A DNA stretch of 63,947 bases, the filler included. It is 8 parts of 8 records of this genome, joined end to end, with 100 filler letters (N's around TTAATTAATTAA, not from the genome) between each part and the next. Parts side by side here need not be neighbours in the genome. Positions count along the whole stretch, not along the records: positions 58,768 to 63,947 come from DRR723986_15630; 7 more parts are not named here. One strand, given 5' to 3'. Under the pieces are notes generated by a model. That model was not told where the DNA came from. It ran no database searches and worked only from the letters and a program-made list of their open reading frames with translations. Shown in pieces: positions 60,622-63,947 of this stretch. Each line of letters starts with the position of its first letter. Position 1 is the first letter of the stretch. The position numbers and the translations under genes were made by a program.

Positions 60622-60741
60622 TCCTTGCGCCTTAATGACCGCAGTGGCTTTTAAGGCGTTTTGCAGCAGAAATTAATGTGCTAGACCAAAGCCCAATCCG
60701 GGGGCAATGTCCCCCAAAGGTATGACGACAAGGATAGGCGT

Positions 60742-61596
60742 ATGATCAGCAGCAGGGCAGGCGTCAAACTGGTTTGCGCAATCACTCTTTCCGCATTTCT
60801 CGCGGCTTGTGACGGTGGCGGATTCAGAGGCAGCGCAGATCGAAGCCAGAACCTCGAAGGGTTCACAGCTGAGCAAATCTTTGAGCGTGGCGAATTTGAA
60901 CTGTCGCAGACACGGACCAAAGATGCCGTGTACTACTTCTCCGAGATCGAGCGCCTATATCCCTATTCCAATTGGGCCAAGCGGGCCCTGATCATGCAGG
61001 CCTTTGCAAGCCACAGCGGCAAAGACTATCCCGAAAGCCGCGCCGCCGCGCAGCGCTTTATCGATTTTTACCCCGCTGACGAAGACGCCGCTTATGCGCA
61101 GTATCTGCTGGCGCTCAGCTACTATGACCAGATTGACGAAGTAGGGCGCGATCAGGGTCTGACCTTTCAGGCGCTGCAATCCCTTCGCACGGTGATCGAG
61201 GTCTATCCCGACAGTGAATACGCAACGTCCGCGATCCTGAAATTTGACCTCGCCTTTGACCATCTGGCAGGCAAGGAAATGGAAATCGGCCGTTATTATC
61301 TGCGCAAGCAGCACTATACCGCCGCCATCAACCGGTTCCGTGTGGTTGTTGAAGATTTCCAAACCACCTCACACACGCCCGAAGCGCTGTATCGCTTGGT
61401 CGAAGGGTACCTGTCTCTGGGCCTCGTGAACGAGGCACAGACCGCCGGTGCCATTCTTGGCTACAACTACCAGTCTTCGGAATGGTATGGCGACGCCTAT
61501 AAACTGCTGACAGCGCAGGGTCTGAAAATGAGAGACCGCGGTAACAATTGGCTCAGCCAGATTTATCGTCAGTCGGTCAAAGGCCAGTGGCTGTAA
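60742..61596 (+). CDS. bamD: Outer membrane assembly factor BamD
   Basis: Lipobox LAAC, TPR helices, RDQG.T, KEMEIGRYY. Confidence 0.93.
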   Translation: MISSRAGVKLVCAITLSAFLAACDGGGFRGSADRSQNLEGFTAEQIFERGEFELSQTRTKDAVYYFSEIERLYPYSNWAKRALIMQAFASHSGKDYPESRAAAQRFIDFYPADEDAAYAQYLLALSYYDQIDEVGRDQGLTFQALQSLRTVIEVYPDSEYATSAILKFDLAFDHLAGKEMEIGRYYLRKQHYTAAINRFRVVVEDFQTTSHTPEALYRLVEGYLSLGLVNEAQTAGAILGYNYQSSEWYGDAYKLLTAQGLKMRDRGNNWLSQIYRQSVKGQWL

Positions 61597-61632
61597 GGCG
61601 CCGGGTGTCCCCCGCAAGGCTTGAGGCATTCC

Positions 61633-63282
61633 ATGCTGCGTGCACTTGATATTCGCGACATGCTCATCATTGATCGGCTGGACCTCACCTTCCAGCCGGG
61701 TCTGAACGTGCTGACTGGCGAAACGGGCGCAGGCAAATCCATTTTGCTCGACAGTCTGGGGTTTGTTCTGGGCTGGCGGGGCCGGGCCGAACTGGTCCGA
61801 ACGGGCGCGGCCCAAGGCGAAGTCGTCGCCGAATTTGATCTGCCCGAGGGGCATCCCGCCCACGACATCCTGTCCGAGGCTGGTTTGCCCGGTGGCGAGG
61901 AATTGATCCTGCGGCGTGTCAACACTGCCGAGGGCCGCAAAACCGCATGGGTTAATGATCGACGCTGTTCCGGCGAAGTGCTGCGTGCCCTGTCCGAAAC
62001 CTTGATTGAACTGCATGGCCAACACGATGATCGCGGTTTGCTAAACCCCCGTGGCCACCGCGCCATGCTGGATGAATTTGCGTCCGTCGAGGGGCAGTTG
62101 GCCGAGGTGCGTCAGGCGTGGGTTGCCATGGGCAAAGCCCGCAAAACCGTAGACCAGACCAAAGCCGCCCTTGATGCGGTGCGCGCCGAAGAAGAATTCC
62201 TGCGCCACGCCGTGGCCGAGTTGGATCAACTCGACCCGCAGCCCGGCGAAGACGAAGAATTGGATATGCGCCGCCGCACGATGCAGGGCGCTGAAAAGAT
62301 CCGCGATGATGTGGTCCGCGCCTTTCACCTGCTGGGTGGGGACGGGGCCGAAGGGGCCATGGGCGATGCGCTGCGCTGGCTCGAAGGCGTCTCTGCCGAG
62401 GCGGCTGGCCAGCTCGAGGCGCCAATTGTGGCCTTGGGCCGCGCCATGATCGAACTGGGCGAGGCGCAGGGCGGCGTTGAACACTGCCTGAACGCGTTAG
62501 AGTTTAACCCAGCCGAACTTGAGATGGTCGAAGAACGCCTGTTTGCCATTCGCGCCTTGGCCCGCAAATACGATGTGCTGGCGGATGAATTGGGCGGCTT
62601 TGCCGAAGGGTTGCGCGTCAAACTGAATGCGCTGGACGCAGGCGATGTGAATTTGGCCGATCAAATGGCGGCTCTATCGGCTGCCGAATCCCACTATGAA
62701 ACCTGTGCCCAACGCCTGACTGACACCCGGTACCAATTTGCTGGCCAGCTGGATCAGGCCGTGATGGCCGAACTCGCCCCACTGAAAATGGAACGCGCGG
62801 TGTTTGAAACGCAAATCACCCCCGGTGATGCCGGTCCCGAAGGGCGCGATGTTGTGGCCTTTACCGTTGCCACCAATCCCGGCGCACCGGCTGGGCCGTT
62901 GAACAAAATTGCCTCGGGCGGGGAACTCAGCCGCTTTCTGTTGGCGCTCAAGGTTTGCCTGACCGGGGACGACAGCGATCGCACCATGATCTTTGACGAA
63001 ATCGACCGTGGGGTCGGGGGCGCGACGGCGGATGCGGTTGGCCGCAGACTGGCGGCGCTGGCGGATGGCGGGCAGGTGCTGGTCGTAACCCACTCCCCGC
63101 AGGTTGCCGCCCAAGGCGCACACCACTGGCGGGTTCAAAAACAGGTCGAGGATGGCATGACCCTGTCGACCGTGGTGCCTCTCTCCAAAACAGAACGTGT
63201 CGATGAAATCGCGCGCATGGTTGCAGGCGATACCATCACGAAAGAGGCCCGCGCCGCCGCCCGGTCGCTGCTCAAGGCGTAA
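61633..63282 (+). CDS. recN: DNA repair protein RecN
   Basis: TGETGAGKS, HGQHD, ASGGELSR, FDEID, THSPQVA. Confidence 0.96.
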   Translation: MLRALDIRDMLIIDRLDLTFQPGLNVLTGETGAGKSILLDSLGFVLGWRGRAELVRTGAAQGEVVAEFDLPEGHPAHDILSEAGLPGGEELILRRVNTAEGRKTAWVNDRRCSGEVLRALSETLIELHGQHDDRGLLNPRGHRAMLDEFASVEGQLAEVRQAWVAMGKARKTVDQTKAALDAVRAEEEFLRHAVAELDQLDPQPGEDEELDMRRRTMQGAEKIRDDVVRAFHLLGGDGAEGAMGDALRWLEGVSAEAAGQLEAPIVALGRAMIELGEAQGGVEHCLNALEFNPAELEMVEERLFAIRALARKYDVLADELGGFAEGLRVKLNALDAGDVNLADQMAALSAAESHYETCAQRLTDTRYQFAGQLDQAVMAELAPLKMERAVFETQITPGDAGPEGRDVVAFTVATNPGAPAGPLNKIASGGELSRFLLALKVCLTGDDSDRTMIFDEIDRGVGGATADAVGRRLAALADGGQVLVVTHSPQVAAQGAHHWRVQKQVEDGMTLSTVVPLSKTERVDEIARMVAGDTITKEARAAARSLLKA

Positions 63283-63392
63283 ATTTCGGCCCAAACAGCG
63301 CACTTCTTAGTGAGTACGCGTTCTTTTCCAGAAACCCACTTTTTTGTTGGCATGGCCTCGCTTACACAGAATTAAGCGACTTCGAGCTCGAA

Positions 63393-63947
63393 ATGACCCA
63401 ATCAACACGTTCCGTCCTGTCCCAACAACTTGGCCAAGCCATTGCGGCGTGCAAGGACGGCTGGCGCATATTGCGTCATCGCGGCCCAAGCCAGATCCAA
63501 TTCTGGTTCATCGCGTTGCTGATTGGTGTCGCTGCGGGCTTTGCCGCGCTGTTCTTTCGGATGGGCATCAACGCGCTGCAATCCACGCTTTACGGCACCG
63601 AAGACGTCCAGTTCATTCACAGTTTCGCTGAACAGCTGCCGTGGTATTGGATCCTGATCATTCCGACGCTGGGCGGTCTGCTGGTCGGGGTGATCTTGCA
63701 CAACTTCACCGATGACGCACGCGTCCGCGCCCCGGCGGATGTGATCGAAGGCGCGGCGCTGAACGATGGCCGGGTCGAGGTCAAAGCCGGGATCGCCTCG
63801 ATGTTTGCCTCGCTGATCACGCTCAGCTCTGGCGGCTCGTCTGGCCGTGAAGGGCCGGTTGTGCATCTGGCCGGTGTGGTGTCCACATGGGTCAGCAACC
63901 GCATCCACGCCGATGGCATCACCGGGCGCGACCTGTTGGGCTGCGCT
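63393..63947 (+). CDS. ClC-family chloride channel/transporter, N-terminal part
   Basis: Manual translation gives TM helices and the GGSSGREGP signature; runs off window end. Confidence 0.88.
   Translation, partial: MTQSTRSVLSQQLGQAIAACKDGWRILRHRGPSQIQFWFIALLIGVAAGFAALFFRMGINALQSTLYGTEDVQFIHSFAEQLPWYWILIIPTLGGLLVGVILHNFTDDARVRAPADVIEGAALNDGRVEVKAGIASMFASLITLSSGGSSGREGPVVHLAGVVSTWVSNRIHADGITGRDLLGCA

Noticed and set aside
58769..63947. ftsZ-lpxC-bamD-recN-ClC block
   Set aside because: Ordinary conserved core gene order; the long FtsZ linker is normal for alphaproteobacteria.

Overview
The window is not one locus. It is eight unrelated contigs joined by 100-bp artificial spacers (N44-TTAATTAATTAA-N44), so neighbourhood inferences hold only within a contig. 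Contigs 1-2 (1-13882, 13983-21791) look Hyphomonadaceae-like: gyrB start, DEAD helicase, P450, sspB, SPL-like PLP enzyme, cardiolipin synthase, two-piece tmRNA; then thiC, slyX, a cluster of secreted proteins and the etfB start. Contig 3 (21892-30734) is a Rhodobacteraceae-like cbb3 oxidase locus, cco(O)QP-GHIS, interrupted by a PAS-GAF-GGEEF cyclase, an unannotated 51-aa ORF and a LysR gene. Contig 4 (30835-37048) has lower GC and looks planctomycete-like: a heavy-metal RND locus with a Cys-rich upstream ORF and a structured leader. Contig 5 (37149-43075) holds small Rhodobacteraceae-like genes. Contig 6 (43176-48395) is a metal-resistance island with three MerR-type operators and a dsbA that appears IS-truncated. 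Contig 7 (48496-58667) is a peptide ABC transporter plus amidohydrolases. Contig 8 (58768-63947) is ftsZ-lpxC-bamD-recN-ClC. The best candidates for undescribed biology are (i) the Cys-rich putative metal-sensing leader ORF and hairpins ahead of cusBA, (ii) a three-promoter divalent-metal MerR regulon that includes an L,D-transpeptidase, a transglutaminase-like protein and SCO/DsbB/DsbA, and (iii) the c-di-GMP/LysR/small-protein insert in the cco locus with duplicated FNR boxes. Taxonomy and family calls come from recognising motifs by eye; no searches were run.
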